NCBI GenBank assembly: GCA_048885865.1
Contig: JBHLLF010000029.1
Span: 1-32,403, forward strand
Source of the DNA: Candidatus Hermodarchaeota archaeon
Lineage (GTDB): Archaea > Asgardarchaeota > Thorarchaeia > Thorarchaeales > Thorarchaeaceae
Direction of reading: 5' to 3'
Length of the DNA: 32,403 nt
The position numbers were made by a program, and so were the translations under genes. The notes below the pieces were generated by a model that worked only from the letters and a program-made list of their open reading frames with translations, had not been told where the DNA came from and did no database searches. Positions 1 through 8,542 of the stretch are shown one piece after another (the first letter of the stretch is position 1; each line of letters starts with the position of its first letter).

Positions 1-75
1 ATCATTTGTCATTTTAGCTGAATCGATATCTTCGAAACCAAGTTCTTTGAGAATTCCAATATGCTTCTCATCCAT
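1..75 (-). CDS. 5' fragment of a CDS running off the left edge (MDEKHIGILKELGFEDIDSAKMTND...)
   Basis: ATG at 75 opens a frame that stays open to position 1; TTATA-like box at ~114-118 on the minus strand; too short to assign a product. Confidence 0.55.
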   Translation of the reverse strand, partial: MDEKHIGILKELGFEDIDSAKMTND

Positions 76-147
76 CGCATGTCACTTCCGTGGTGGGACA
101 AGGGCGCTGGGCGTATAACCCCATTATCTAATTTGTGGATTCCGCTA

Positions 148-1278
148 TTACTCACTAAATGCGTGTGCAATATGAAGATACACATCTATTGACTTCAAAA
201 GATCATCAATCTCTATGTACTCATTGGGTTGATGGGCTTGAGCGATCGAGCCAGGACCATAGATTATGTTAGAAATCCCAATTCGGTTTTGAAGCACCGA
301 CGCATCGCTTCCATATGTAGCTACACCTAGTGTGGGCTGCGATCCCGTCAAATCCTCTATGGCTCTGGTGGCGAACTTCACAATCTTGGAATCAAGAGAA
401 GTTATTGTGGTGTAGGAACTATTGTAATTCTCAATCGAGATGTACTGCTCGATGCCTGCATCATATAAGTGACGCCTCATCAGATCCATTATTGACTCGG
501 GTGTCTGGCCTTTTACTATCCGCATGTCAATTAGAGCTTCACAGGATTCAGGAATGACCCCCTGCTGTGTCCCACCCTCTATCTTCCCCACATTCATTGT
601 ATATTCTCCCAATAGCGCATCGGGTTCACTTGGATAATCTCCATGCGTCAATGCATTAATTGCTTGGATACATAAATCGATGGCATTTTTGCCCGTGTCA
701 GGACGAGAACTGTGACCTGTTTTTCCTGTTGCAGTGACTTTTACCCATACAACTCCTTTCTCACCCAAAAAGAGCTGAAGGCTTGTCGGTTCCGCGCATA
801 CTCCATATTTAACGCCCTGCATGATTCCTGAATCCGCAACCTCTTCTGCCCCAAGCAAGCCATTCTCTTCGTTGGATGTAGCAAGCAAAAGAAGCGGCTC
901 CGTGTGATTTGCCTTTTTGTATAGAATCATAGCTTCAGCTAAAGCCGCCAAAGGCCCCTTCATATCAGCTGCGCCTCTACCATACAGGCATCCATCGACT
1001 ACCTCACAACCAAAAGGGTCATGTTCCCACTTTTCTCTAGGGCCAGCAGGAACTGTATCCATGTGCCCATGAAGGACAAGTGATCCCATTTCACCATCGT
1101 GCGTTGAGAAGATGAGGTTAGGTCTATCATCAGAACCGACCTGAGTGCAATGAATCCCATAAGGCTCAAAGTGTGAGAGAAGAACCTCTGCCACTTCTCT
1201 CTCCCTTCCGGGTGGGTTCTCAGAGTTGGCAGCAATCAGTTTCTTGGCAAGTGATAAGACTCTCTTATCATTCCTCAT
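148..1278 (-). CDS. M20 family metallopeptidase/deacylase (ArgE/DapE-like)
   Basis: Motifs HGHMDTVP, GRGAADMKG, NEE, AEPT, GHSSRP, GSD and QAHQPNE are typical of M20A. ATG at 1278 preferred over the track's TTG at 1305. Confidence 0.92.
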   Translation of the reverse strand: MRNDKRVLSLAKKLIAANSENPPGREREVAEVLLSHFEPYGIHCTQVGSDDRPNLIFSTHDGEMGSLVLHGHMDTVPAGPREKWEHDPFGCEVVDGCLYGRGAADMKGPLAALAEAMILYKKANHTEPLLLLATSNEENGLLGAEEVADSGIMQGVKYGVCAEPTSLQLFLGEKGVVWVKVTATGKTGHSSRPDTGKNAIDLCIQAINALTHGDYPSEPDALLGEYTMNVGKIEGGTQQGVIPESCEALIDMRIVKGQTPESIMDLMRRHLYDAGIEQYISIENYNSSYTTITSLDSKIVKFATRAIEDLTGSQPTLGVATYGSDASVLQNRIGISNIIYGPGSIAQAHQPNEYIEIDDLLKSIDVYLHIAHAFSE

Positions 1279-1396
1279 AGAGTATTCGAACCTCTGTCTA
1301 CTCAATGGTGAGTATGGCGGTAGTATCCCATTGCCATTTATGCTCAGATAAAACGTATGATTTCTTGTAGCTTTTGAGAGCCAATCATCCGGTTAG

Positions 1397-1405
1397 ATTA
1401 TATAG
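1397..1405 (+). promoter_or_regulatory. Putative archaeal TATA box (ATTATATAG) upstream of the structured element and the 1587 gene
   Basis: AT-rich TTATATA about 30 nt before the start of the predicted structure at 1436. Confidence 0.5.
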
Positions 1406-1435
1406 AAGTAGGAATTGGAGCTCAACTATCCCTAA

Positions 1436-1553
1436 TCATTTGGAGTGAAGTGATGTTGGGTGAATTTTGGGCATGCACTCACAACGAGCACCATGATAAG
1501 AAATCAATGATTGGATGGTGCTATTCACCCAAAAGAACTGAGCTTCTAAATGA
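1436..1553 (+). ncRNA. Candidate structured RNA (C/D-box-like sRNA or structured 5' leader)
   Basis: Nested stems: TCATTTGGAGT(1436-46)/GCTTCTAAATGA(1542-53), TTGGGTGAAT(1456-65)/ATTCACCCAA(1523-32), AGCACCAT(1487-94)/ATGGTGCT(1515-22). GTGATGT (C-like) at 1450-56 and CTGA (D-like) at 1538-41. Confidence 0.5.
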
Positions 1554-1586
1554 ATTGCGGAGAGGCAAATAGAGGAGATTGTTTCA

Positions 1587-1916
1587 ATGGCAGATCTAAA
1601 GAAGATCGGAGACCTTCTGGTTCTCCTAGGTGCACTTCTAGGATTACTCCAAGGAATTCTTATGATTATAGGAACTCCATTTGGATTCGTCAACCTGTTT
1701 GGAGGCTTTCTTGACGCCTGGATATTGGGTGTTCTGGCAATCCTATTTTCACTGATAGCTTTGGTGAACAGTGGATTCCTAAAAATCAGTGCGCTGGACT
1801 TTGGAAAGACGAACAAATTCATCGTAGTTCTAATCATTGGAGTTCTGATGATTCTGTTCACTAGCGACCTAGGTGGTATTCTAGTCATTCTGGGTGCAAT
1901 TCTCTGGCTTCTCTAG
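1587..1916 (+). CDS. Small 4-TM membrane protein, unknown function
   Basis: 109 aa with four Gly-rich hydrophobic segments; SD-like AGAGGAG upstream. Confidence 0.85.
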   Translation: MADLKKIGDLLVLLGALLGLLQGILMIIGTPFGFVNLFGGFLDAWILGVLAILFSLIALVNSGFLKISALDFGKTNKFIVVLIIGVLMILFTSDLGGILVILGAILWLL

Positions 1917-1926
1917 ACAGAAGATG

Positions 1927-1973
1927 CTCATCTCCGGCTCTAGAAGTCAGGAGATGAGACTTCTCTCTTTTTT
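1927..1973 (+). terminator. Hairpin plus T-tract terminator after the 4-TM gene
   Basis: CTCATCTCC(1927-35)/GGAGATGAG(1950-58) perfect 9-bp inverted repeat, followed by CTTCTCTCTTTTTT. Confidence 0.65.
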
Positions 1974-2115
1974 GAACCAGACCATCAAAGCCGATTCCTT
2001 GATTGCTTTGTCAATTCGATTGAAACCCTTTTCCTTTGCTGTTCCCATACTATTGTCGCAGGAGGACCAATGAGCCCTCCTTCTCCAGCTGCTTTCATGT
2101 TCACTTTCATTATTA

Positions 2116-2475
2116 TTATGATCTAGTGAGAAGAAGAATTCCTGCAATCAAAATCATGAATCCGGCTAATGTCCCCGAGTTCATCAACCATACAATCGGG
2201 TCGAAACTGAAGTGACGCAGTACAATAAAAATCGAGAATAAGCCGAATACTGTTAGATATGCTCCGTTTCGACGCATCTTCCAGAGAATAAGACCACATG
2301 CATCATAGGAAAGAGCAACCATTAGGATTAGCACGATGCCTACAATCACATCAATCAAACCATCTCCACCGAGGGTATTGATACCGCTGTTAATCATCTG
2401 AATCGCAATCACTACCAGTACAATACCACCGAGCACAGTAAATCCCTGTGCAGCACCTTCAGCTTTGCAGCCCAT
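2116..2475 (-). CDS. Small 4-TM membrane protein, probable distant paralogue of 1587..1916
   Basis: 119 aa with four hydrophobic segments; SD GGAGG upstream; C-terminal LAGFMILIAGILLL resembles LGGILVILGAILWLL. Confidence 0.85.
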   Translation of the reverse strand: MGCKAEGAAQGFTVLGGIVLVVIAIQMINSGINTLGGDGLIDVIVGIVLILMVALSYDACGLILWKMRRNGAYLTVFGLFSIFIVLRHFSFDPIVWLMNSGTLAGFMILIAGILLLTRS

Positions 2476-2616
2476 TCCTAGTCTTCCTCCAAAAGAATCA
2501 GTAATCCCTCAGGACTCCATGCTAGTATATAACCATCGCGTATCAGACCCAGATAATACATACACCTGTATTGCACAGAGAGCATTAGGACATGACATTT
2601 AGTCATAATTCTAGAG

Positions 2617-3462
2617 GTGGCTATCACGAGGTATCCTAGCCGTGAAGACGGCAGAAACGCTGAACGTCCGGTGCGATTAGATAAGACTGAAGGACATATT
2701 GTGATTGAGGGTAGAGCTTATCCAGCCAGAGAGATTGTAGAGGCACTTGCGCAGAGCGGCTATGCAGAACTTCGTGCGAGTGGAGACTCACTCGTTCTAG
2801 GTAGGCGCAGGATAACTCCCATTTTCAAGTCGCGGCAGGACAGAGCAATGGCGTCTTTGTGTCATGCAAGTCTTTCTTTCTGCTGCCCGATGTCGAAGAG
2901 ATGTGCTGAGAGAGACAGAGCACTCGAGATGCTTGGGCTTACACCAGACGAATATGAGCGATTGAAAAGCGATTCACACATCAGATTCATCGAGTCCGCG
3001 CGAGGTTACAGAGGCTCTGGCAGTGACTATGATGGCTATGGTTCAACTTTGGCAAACAGACCTGCTGTTGATAGAGGGTATGGTGGGGACGACTATCGCA
3101 GAGATTTCGACACACTAGATCAATCCTTGGAGCCAAGAAGCTATCCGGAACGAGAAGAGAGTCCGTGGAGTCGACATGAAACATCTACACAAATTGAAAC
3201 TGCATCATCCTATGGGGAACCAGAAAGGTCCGACTCCTATGCTGATCTGAGCAACCTTTTTGGAGATGTTGGCGAACCTGCGGGATCAACATGCCGCATT
3301 CGCCCTCCTGACGAGAGTGTTGGCTCGCTGTTTTCTCAAGGAGAACTTAGTCCATTCAGTGATGGTTCAGAGGGTAGGGAAGATAGAACGTTTTGCTTCT
3401 CTTGTGGCAGGACATTCAGAGCTGGCACAAAGGTATGCCCATGGTGTGGTGTGCCTCAATAG
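2617..3462 (+). CDS. Protein with a methanogenesis-marker-9-like Cys domain, a long disordered linker and a C-terminal zinc ribbon
   Basis: CHASLSFCCPMSKRCAERDRALEMLGLTPDEYERLK matches the recalled marker-9 repeat pattern; C-terminus CFSC-x10-CPWC. Confidence 0.7.
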   Translation: MAITRYPSREDGRNAERPVRLDKTEGHIVIEGRAYPAREIVEALAQSGYAELRASGDSLVLGRRRITPIFKSRQDRAMASLCHASLSFCCPMSKRCAERDRALEMLGLTPDEYERLKSDSHIRFIESARGYRGSGSDYDGYGSTLANRPAVDRGYGGDDYRRDFDTLDQSLEPRSYPEREESPWSRHETSTQIETASSYGEPERSDSYADLSNLFGDVGEPAGSTCRIRPPDESVGSLFSQGELSPFSDGSEGREDRTFCFSCGRTFRAGTKVCPWCGVPQ

Positions 3463-3470
3463 AAGAAAGA

Positions 3471-4478
3471 CTAGTAGCTCCCAATCGCACTTTCGCGTCG
3501 AGTGGAATAATCACTTGGATAACTGAAGGTCGTCACCATGCGGTCAATGTTGGCGTCTTTTCCAATCTCTTTTAGCTCACGTAATTGATCAATAGTAGTC
3601 ACGCCCCAACGGAAAAGTGATGCAGTTCCACCTCGACGCTGGAACTCGCTTGTGTAGTAAAGTGACTCGATCAATTCATCGTATTCAGTCGAGCCTTTTG
3701 TGGGGAGAATTGGACTCCAAGGATACATGTTGATTAGAACATTGCCGGTGATTTCGAGGATACTTGAGTAATCATATCCGTATTGACCCTTGCCACCCTC
3801 AGAGAAACCGGTTTCGGGATCAAGCAGTACCTCAACAGAGATTCTGAGCGGACTCTCTCTCCCGACTTTGTCATCTGCATCACGAGCAGCCTCCTGTAGA
3901 TATCTCAGACCCTCACTCACCTTGCTTGAGCGCCATTCGTGCCATTTCGCGTGGTAGTCAGCATTCTCAATGATATAGTCGTACGTGAGGCGAGCGGGTT
4001 CTTGGTCCACCATTGGTGCAAAATCATTCCTGCAGCGTTCACAAAAACAGAAGTGGTCGCGAATGAAACCGGCACCAAAGAGCAAGATTTCGTCGATTGG
4101 ATAGGTTGCGAGCTCACCAACTATTTCAGCACCATATTGCCAGAATTCCTCTCTGTTGGGACAGATCTGGTGTGGCATTGGTTCCCCTCGTGGAGACACC
4201 GTATGATACTTCGGGTCCTTGGCAAACCATGCATCTGTATAGAAGTCCATGCCAGCGACAGTGTGAATATCCAGGGTACTTGTCAAACTCACAAGGTCCT
4301 CGAAAAGCTGGGTATGTTCCGCATCGACTGGAGCAGTTCTGCTTGGGTAAATGACGTGACCATTTGGGCCTTTGCCAACTATGCCGATAGAGTCCATGTA
4401 GGAAGCGTAAGTAGAAACAAAGTCCTTCGCAGACATGTCGATATCGGATGGCCTCAAAAGGATGAGGAGCTTCTGCAT
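3471..4478 (-). CDS. Glycoside-hydrolase-like TIM-barrel protein (GHL10/DUF187- or GH42-like) with a Cys cluster
   Basis: ICPN...EIVGELATYPIDEILL...CFCERC...WHEWR pattern. ATG at 4478 preferred because TTATAAAAAT lies at 4501-4510. Confidence 0.6.
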   Translation of the reverse strand: MQKLLILLRPSDIDMSAKDFVSTYASYMDSIGIVGKGPNGHVIYPSRTAPVDAEHTQLFEDLVSLTSTLDIHTVAGMDFYTDAWFAKDPKYHTVSPRGEPMPHQICPNREEFWQYGAEIVGELATYPIDEILLFGAGFIRDHFCFCERCRNDFAPMVDQEPARLTYDYIIENADYHAKWHEWRSSKVSEGLRYLQEAARDADDKVGRESPLRISVEVLLDPETGFSEGGKGQYGYDYSSILEITGNVLINMYPWSPILPTKGSTEYDELIESLYYTSEFQRRGGTASLFRWGVTTIDQLRELKEIGKDANIDRMVTTFSYPSDYSTRRESAIGSY

Positions 4479-4607
4479 GAAGAATTCCCTGAAGTTTAGC
4501 ATTTTTATAACTCCGCTAGCGTTGGTCAGTCTGCAGATTCCCTTTAGCGTTTGTTGCTTGTGTATGCTTTAAGAGTTTCTTCGATTGGACTCCCACCCTT
4601 TAAGTTT

Positions 4608-7412
4608 TCAGAAGAACTGGTCGAGTGTTGTAAATCCGAGCAATTCCTCGAAGTTGATTCCAACCGAGTCTAAAACTTGGCCAAAGACACTTTTCAGTGT
4701 GTCAATGTATTTATCCTTGTCAAGCCAATAGCTCTTCTCACCTGCCAACTGGACAGGAAGAAGCCCATCACCGCCCTTGATTTTGATGTATTCCACAATT
4801 GTTCCCGGCGGTACATCAAAACCCGCACTCTGCAGCATCTCCGCTGCTCGGACATGTTGAGGCTTCGAAAGCCCGTAGTCCCCAATTCGTTTCGTAATCT
4901 GAACCCGGAAGGCTAGCTCTTCAGGTGAATATGGATCTGCTTTTCCTTCGAGGCGATCTATGACACAGTTGACAATTTCTCGAATCTCTTCCTTAGCAGC
5001 CTTAAAACCTTCCAAATTGTCTACCTTGCTCAATGCATCAAGCATCTCACGGAATGCATCTTGAACGAAGTCGGGGGTGTTTCTCTTCTTTCCACTTAGT
5101 CCCTTCACTTCAACGTAGCCTGATTCATAGACTCCAATGTAGTTCTTCTTCCTATCCGACAGTGCGACATACTTGTATGTCTTCTCGACCTCTAGATCAA
5201 TACCCAGAGCTTTTGTCGACCACTTGACTAGCTCCTTTTGCTGCTCCTCACTCGGACTATCAAGGAAGACCGAATCAGTGTCGCCATAGAGAACACGGAT
5301 GCCCATTTCCTCCGCCTTCTTCTTGGTCTCAATGATTGCATTGCGGCCATATGCAGTAGTACTCTCTGCTGCTGGCATACAGAAGAGCTCAAAATGCTGA
5401 GCGCCAGTGACACCGTATGCGGCATTGACAAATACCTTGAGTGCTTTCTCAACAACTCCATACCAGGCTCGTGTCTGCTCTGCGAGAGTTTTGTCTTTGC
5501 TCTTGGGTTTGAACCACTTCACACGCGTGTCTCTGAAGAATCCGATAGTCTGGCTAATCATTCCTTTCCGTTCAGTGCACACCCAGTGGTCTGTTTCGGG
5601 AACCCGGTTTTTCGGATCACTCCGACAAGACTCATGAGGACAGTCAATGGTTTCGTAGCTAATGTTGTGTTGTTTCATAATGGTTGGATATAGGCTCGCA
5701 AAGTCGAGGACGGTAGCGTTGAAGTGGACTCCCGCTACAGGCTCGATTACAATAGCACCCTTGAAGCTCTTGTCTTTGATCATTGCTTCAGTCTGAGCTT
5801 CGACAGACTTCACACTGTCTATATCGATTCTACGTGGAATGATGTAGTTCTTTGACCGATGCTCTTGCCTAAACAATGATTGAATCCAAGATGAGATGTA
5901 TAGCCTGGTTACGTCTTCCATTGATAGCCTGGATACACGCATCAGTAGTACTATCAACCTCAGAAGGAGATTGTCATCAAAGGTAGTTAGGCGAAGAGTC
6001 AAGTTGGCATCTCGCCAGCAATAATGAGCCAATTCGAAGTAATCGAGCGCGGAGATATCATCACTTAGATCGAGCTTGCCAACACCCAAGAGACCCTTGG
6101 CAATAGACTCGAGGTTGAATTGCTCGTATGCTCCAGAAAGCGCGTAGAGTCGGATTGATGGGTTTTTCAAGAAACGATATAGGTCTACGTGAATCCCTCT
6201 CTGTAGGAGCGCCAGATCTCTTGCAAGATAGATTGGGCAGTGCTTGTTCATGTTGATTCCTAGTTTTTGTGCGCGGTTATGCAGATACTGGAAGTCAAAC
6301 GCATCACCAACAAATGTGAGCACAATGGGGTATGCATCAATGATTCTGAAGGCCTCAATAAGCATCTCTTTCTCGTCTTCATAGTAAACGATTTCCATCT
6401 CTTCTGGATAATCCGGTCCTTTCGCGCCCTCCTTTATCTTTGACCTCTTTAATAGGAAGCACTTGTCATAGCCCTCGTTATCTGAAAGTCCAATAGCCGT
6501 AACAGGATATGGAGCCGTCCGAGCATCCGGTATCCTGTTCTTCACTGGAGTATACACTTCTATGTCCAAAGCAATCCTTCGAATGTCAGGGACCTCAGTG
6601 AAGAACATGGGGGCATACTCAGTGATTATCCTTTCAAGTCCTTCATCATCCTTGAATGTGCTCTTGAATTCCTCAAGCATTTTCTTGTCAAGTTTTGGAG
6701 CACTCGGGATAAGATTGCCATCCTCTATCCGGTATGGTAGACCTGAAACAATATTGGTATCATACGTGTAGCAGTTGCGATAACGAATATTGGCTTCCCA
6801 AGCATGACTAATGTTTGCTGGGCCAGAACGATCTACTAAGCGCTCCCTTATTGCACCAGCAGACCCGCCTATTGAGAGAGGGTCACTGGCGACTATTTTG
6901 GTCATCTTCACTTGCTCATCACGTAGAAGATCGGTGAGTTCGACAAGTTCGGACCGTACAAATCCCTGATGACGACCAATCTTCCGTTTTGCCTCCTCAG
7001 GAGGATAGTCAGTGTAACAATAGGGCTGGTGTCCGGTGTTATCAAACCAGAAGTAGATCCTCTTATCATCCGGATTATATAATCGAGCAAATGCTTTTCT
7101 CTGGGTGCCAGCATAGTCTATGGAGAGAAGATATGAAGGCGGCAGGTTTGATGGAGTTTCTCTTTCACCCACCTTGATTTCAGTCACCACTTCGACTGTA
7201 TCGTCTGGTGGAATCTCCTCATCCTCCGTCCCGAAGTCATTATCTTCAGCTAGTTCAGACTCATCTGTATGATGGTCGGGAGGCGATTTACGAGATTCAT
7301 CTTGCGGTGGCTCTACTATTTCAGGCTCGTCTTCTTCAATATCAGCTGCAAAGAAGTCCTCGAGCGATGCCTGTTGGTCATCAGTAGGCCTCTTGTCTTT
7401 CACCAGTTCCAC
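4608..7412 (-). CDS. polB1: Family B DNA polymerase, archaeal B1 type
   Basis: Exo I IALDIE, Exo II FVGDAFD, Exo III YCWRDA; polymerase motifs LDFASLYP, KVFVNAAYG, YGDTDS, KKNY, KGLSGKKR; B1-type N-terminal domain (DNTGHQPYC, WEANIRY); PIP-like motifs at both ends. Confidence 0.95.
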   Translation of the reverse strand: MELVKDKRPTDDQQASLEDFFAADIEEDEPEIVEPPQDESRKSPPDHHTDESELAEDNDFGTEDEEIPPDDTVEVVTEIKVGERETPSNLPPSYLLSIDYAGTQRKAFARLYNPDDKRIYFWFDNTGHQPYCYTDYPPEEAKRKIGRHQGFVRSELVELTDLLRDEQVKMTKIVASDPLSIGGSAGAIRERLVDRSGPANISHAWEANIRYRNCYTYDTNIVSGLPYRIEDGNLIPSAPKLDKKMLEEFKSTFKDDEGLERIITEYAPMFFTEVPDIRRIALDIEVYTPVKNRIPDARTAPYPVTAIGLSDNEGYDKCFLLKRSKIKEGAKGPDYPEEMEIVYYEDEKEMLIEAFRIIDAYPIVLTFVGDAFDFQYLHNRAQKLGINMNKHCPIYLARDLALLQRGIHVDLYRFLKNPSIRLYALSGAYEQFNLESIAKGLLGVGKLDLSDDISALDYFELAHYCWRDANLTLRLTTFDDNLLLRLIVLLMRVSRLSMEDVTRLYISSWIQSLFRQEHRSKNYIIPRRIDIDSVKSVEAQTEAMIKDKSFKGAIVIEPVAGVHFNATVLDFASLYPTIMKQHNISYETIDCPHESCRSDPKNRVPETDHWVCTERKGMISQTIGFFRDTRVKWFKPKSKDKTLAEQTRAWYGVVEKALKVFVNAAYGVTGAQHFELFCMPAAESTTAYGRNAIIETKKKAEEMGIRVLYGDTDSVFLDSPSEEQQKELVKWSTKALGIDLEVEKTYKYVALSDRKKNYIGVYESGYVEVKGLSGKKRNTPDFVQDAFREMLDALSKVDNLEGFKAAKEEIREIVNCVIDRLEGKADPYSPEELAFRVQITKRIGDYGLSKPQHVRAAEMLQSAGFDVPPGTIVEYIKIKGGDGLLPVQLAGEKSYWLDKDKYIDTLKSVFGQVLDSVGINFEELLGFTTLDQFF

Positions 7413-7503
7413 TCACAATATCTGGGCTAATTACTCCTGATAAGCGCTTCCAAAGAACATTCAGAGCGAACCTTTCATTAGCAGGAATACGTCGAAATCT
7501 TAC

Positions 7504-7941
7504 ATGGTTCGATCAATAGAAACGGCTCTGAAAGGAGTCATCATCTCTAGGATGGATCCGGGCGACGACATTCTAAAGACGATTGAGCGTGTTGCGTCAG
7601 AACACAACGTGAAATCAGGGCAGATTACACTAATTGGTGCGGTAGCAAGGGCAAGGCTTGGATACTTTGATAGAGAGGCAGGAAAATACAGGGACTTCTT
7701 GATTGAGCGCGATCTTGAGGTAGTATCTGGAATAGGTAACATTTCGCGTCTTAAGGACGAGAGTGTTGTGGTCCATGCTCATCTGGTTGTTTCAGACGAA
7801 GATGGAAGATGCTGGGGCGGCCATCTGATGGAAGGCTGTGAAGTGTCAGTCACCATCGAGCTTGTGATTTTTGAAACCGACGCAGACCTGCGTAGAGATA
7901 GGGATGCGATAACTGGACTCAACCTAATGGATATCAGGTGA
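7504..7941 (+). CDS. PPC/DUF296 domain protein (putative DNA-binding, Zn-binding)
   Basis: IGAV, EVVSGIGNI, VHAHLVV and GGHL motifs. Confidence 0.92.
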   Translation: MVRSIETALKGVIISRMDPGDDILKTIERVASEHNVKSGQITLIGAVARARLGYFDREAGKYRDFLIERDLEVVSGIGNISRLKDESVVVHAHLVVSDEDGRCWGGHLMEGCEVSVTIELVIFETDADLRRDRDAITGLNLMDIR

Positions 7942-8383
7942 TTTCTCCAATTTGAGGCTCAGCTTCCCTGATTAGCTTAGCTAACTCATCCAACTCATCT
8001 CGAGGTGCCATCACGCGATCAGTGCCTGGTACCATTCTAGTTACGAAGCCATCGCCAGGCTCTCTGGGTATAACATGAAAATGGATGTGGAATACCTCTT
8101 GCCCAGCACCCTTGCCGTTGGTGATTGCATTCAGTATCCCAGCTGGCTCTATGCTGTTGTACACTTTCCTTGTGAGTAATGCAAGCCGTTTACTCATTTC
8201 ACCAAGAACATCTAGGTCTATATCGAGGAGGTTAACATAGTGTTGTTTGGGAATCAAAAGACAATGACCCCTATTGATGGGAAATATATCCATGAAAGCC
8301 ATCGATATATCATCTTCAAAGATAATTGATGAGGAAATCTCACCATTCACTATTTTGCAGAACAGACATTCTTCATCTGACAT
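7934..8383 (-). CDS. HIT (histidine triad) family nucleotide hydrolase
   Basis: CLFCKI, FMDIFP..GH.L.IPK.H, AGQEVFHIHFHVIPR; SD GGAGGT. Confidence 0.95.
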   Translation of the reverse strand: MSDEECLFCKIVNGEISSSIIFEDDISMAFMDIFPINRGHCLLIPKQHYVNLLDIDLDVLGEMSKRLALLTRKVYNSIEPAGILNAITNGKGAGQEVFHIHFHVIPREPGDGFVTRMVPGTDRVMAPRDELDELAKLIREAEPQIGEIT

Positions 8384-8542
8384 TCTTCAACCTCCGACTC
8401 GTTTTCCATCTATCTGCATTCCCATGCGAGATTTCAGTCTTCCGAAGCGGAGAATGCTTGCTGATGACACCTACACAACTCTCATTAGTTCTCTATTATC
8501 ATCTCATTCCATCCCACAACCTCTAGACAGGAGGACACACTA

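Noticed and set aside
1487-1522. ATGA...AA...GA arrangement as a possible eukaryote-type SECIS
   Set aside because: The segment between ATGA and GA is too short for helix II, it is not in a 3' UTR, and I found no in-frame TGA gene nearby.
1947-2147. 66-aa minus-strand ORF, and an 18-codon plus-strand ORF after GGAGG at ~2061
   Set aside because: Both overlap neighbouring genes or terminator-like hairpins and have no recognisable features. The GGAGG/CCTCC pair is better explained as a hairpin.
2555-2572. AATACA-N6-TGTATT palindrome in a divergent promoter
   Set aside because: Only 6-bp AT-rich arms and no second copy noticed, so chance cannot be excluded.
8460-8474. GCTGATGACACCTAC resembles the 3' half of a fluoride (crcB) riboswitch and contains a C-box-like TGATGA
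   Set aside because: The required 5' GGxGATGGTGT element is absent upstream, and no D box follows on this strand.
8428-8506. Minus-strand ATGATAA...CTGA flanked by GAGAT/ATCTC, a possible C/D sRNA upstream of the HIT gene
   Set aside because: C box is imperfect, no convincing C'/D' pair, and such short motifs occur readily by chance.
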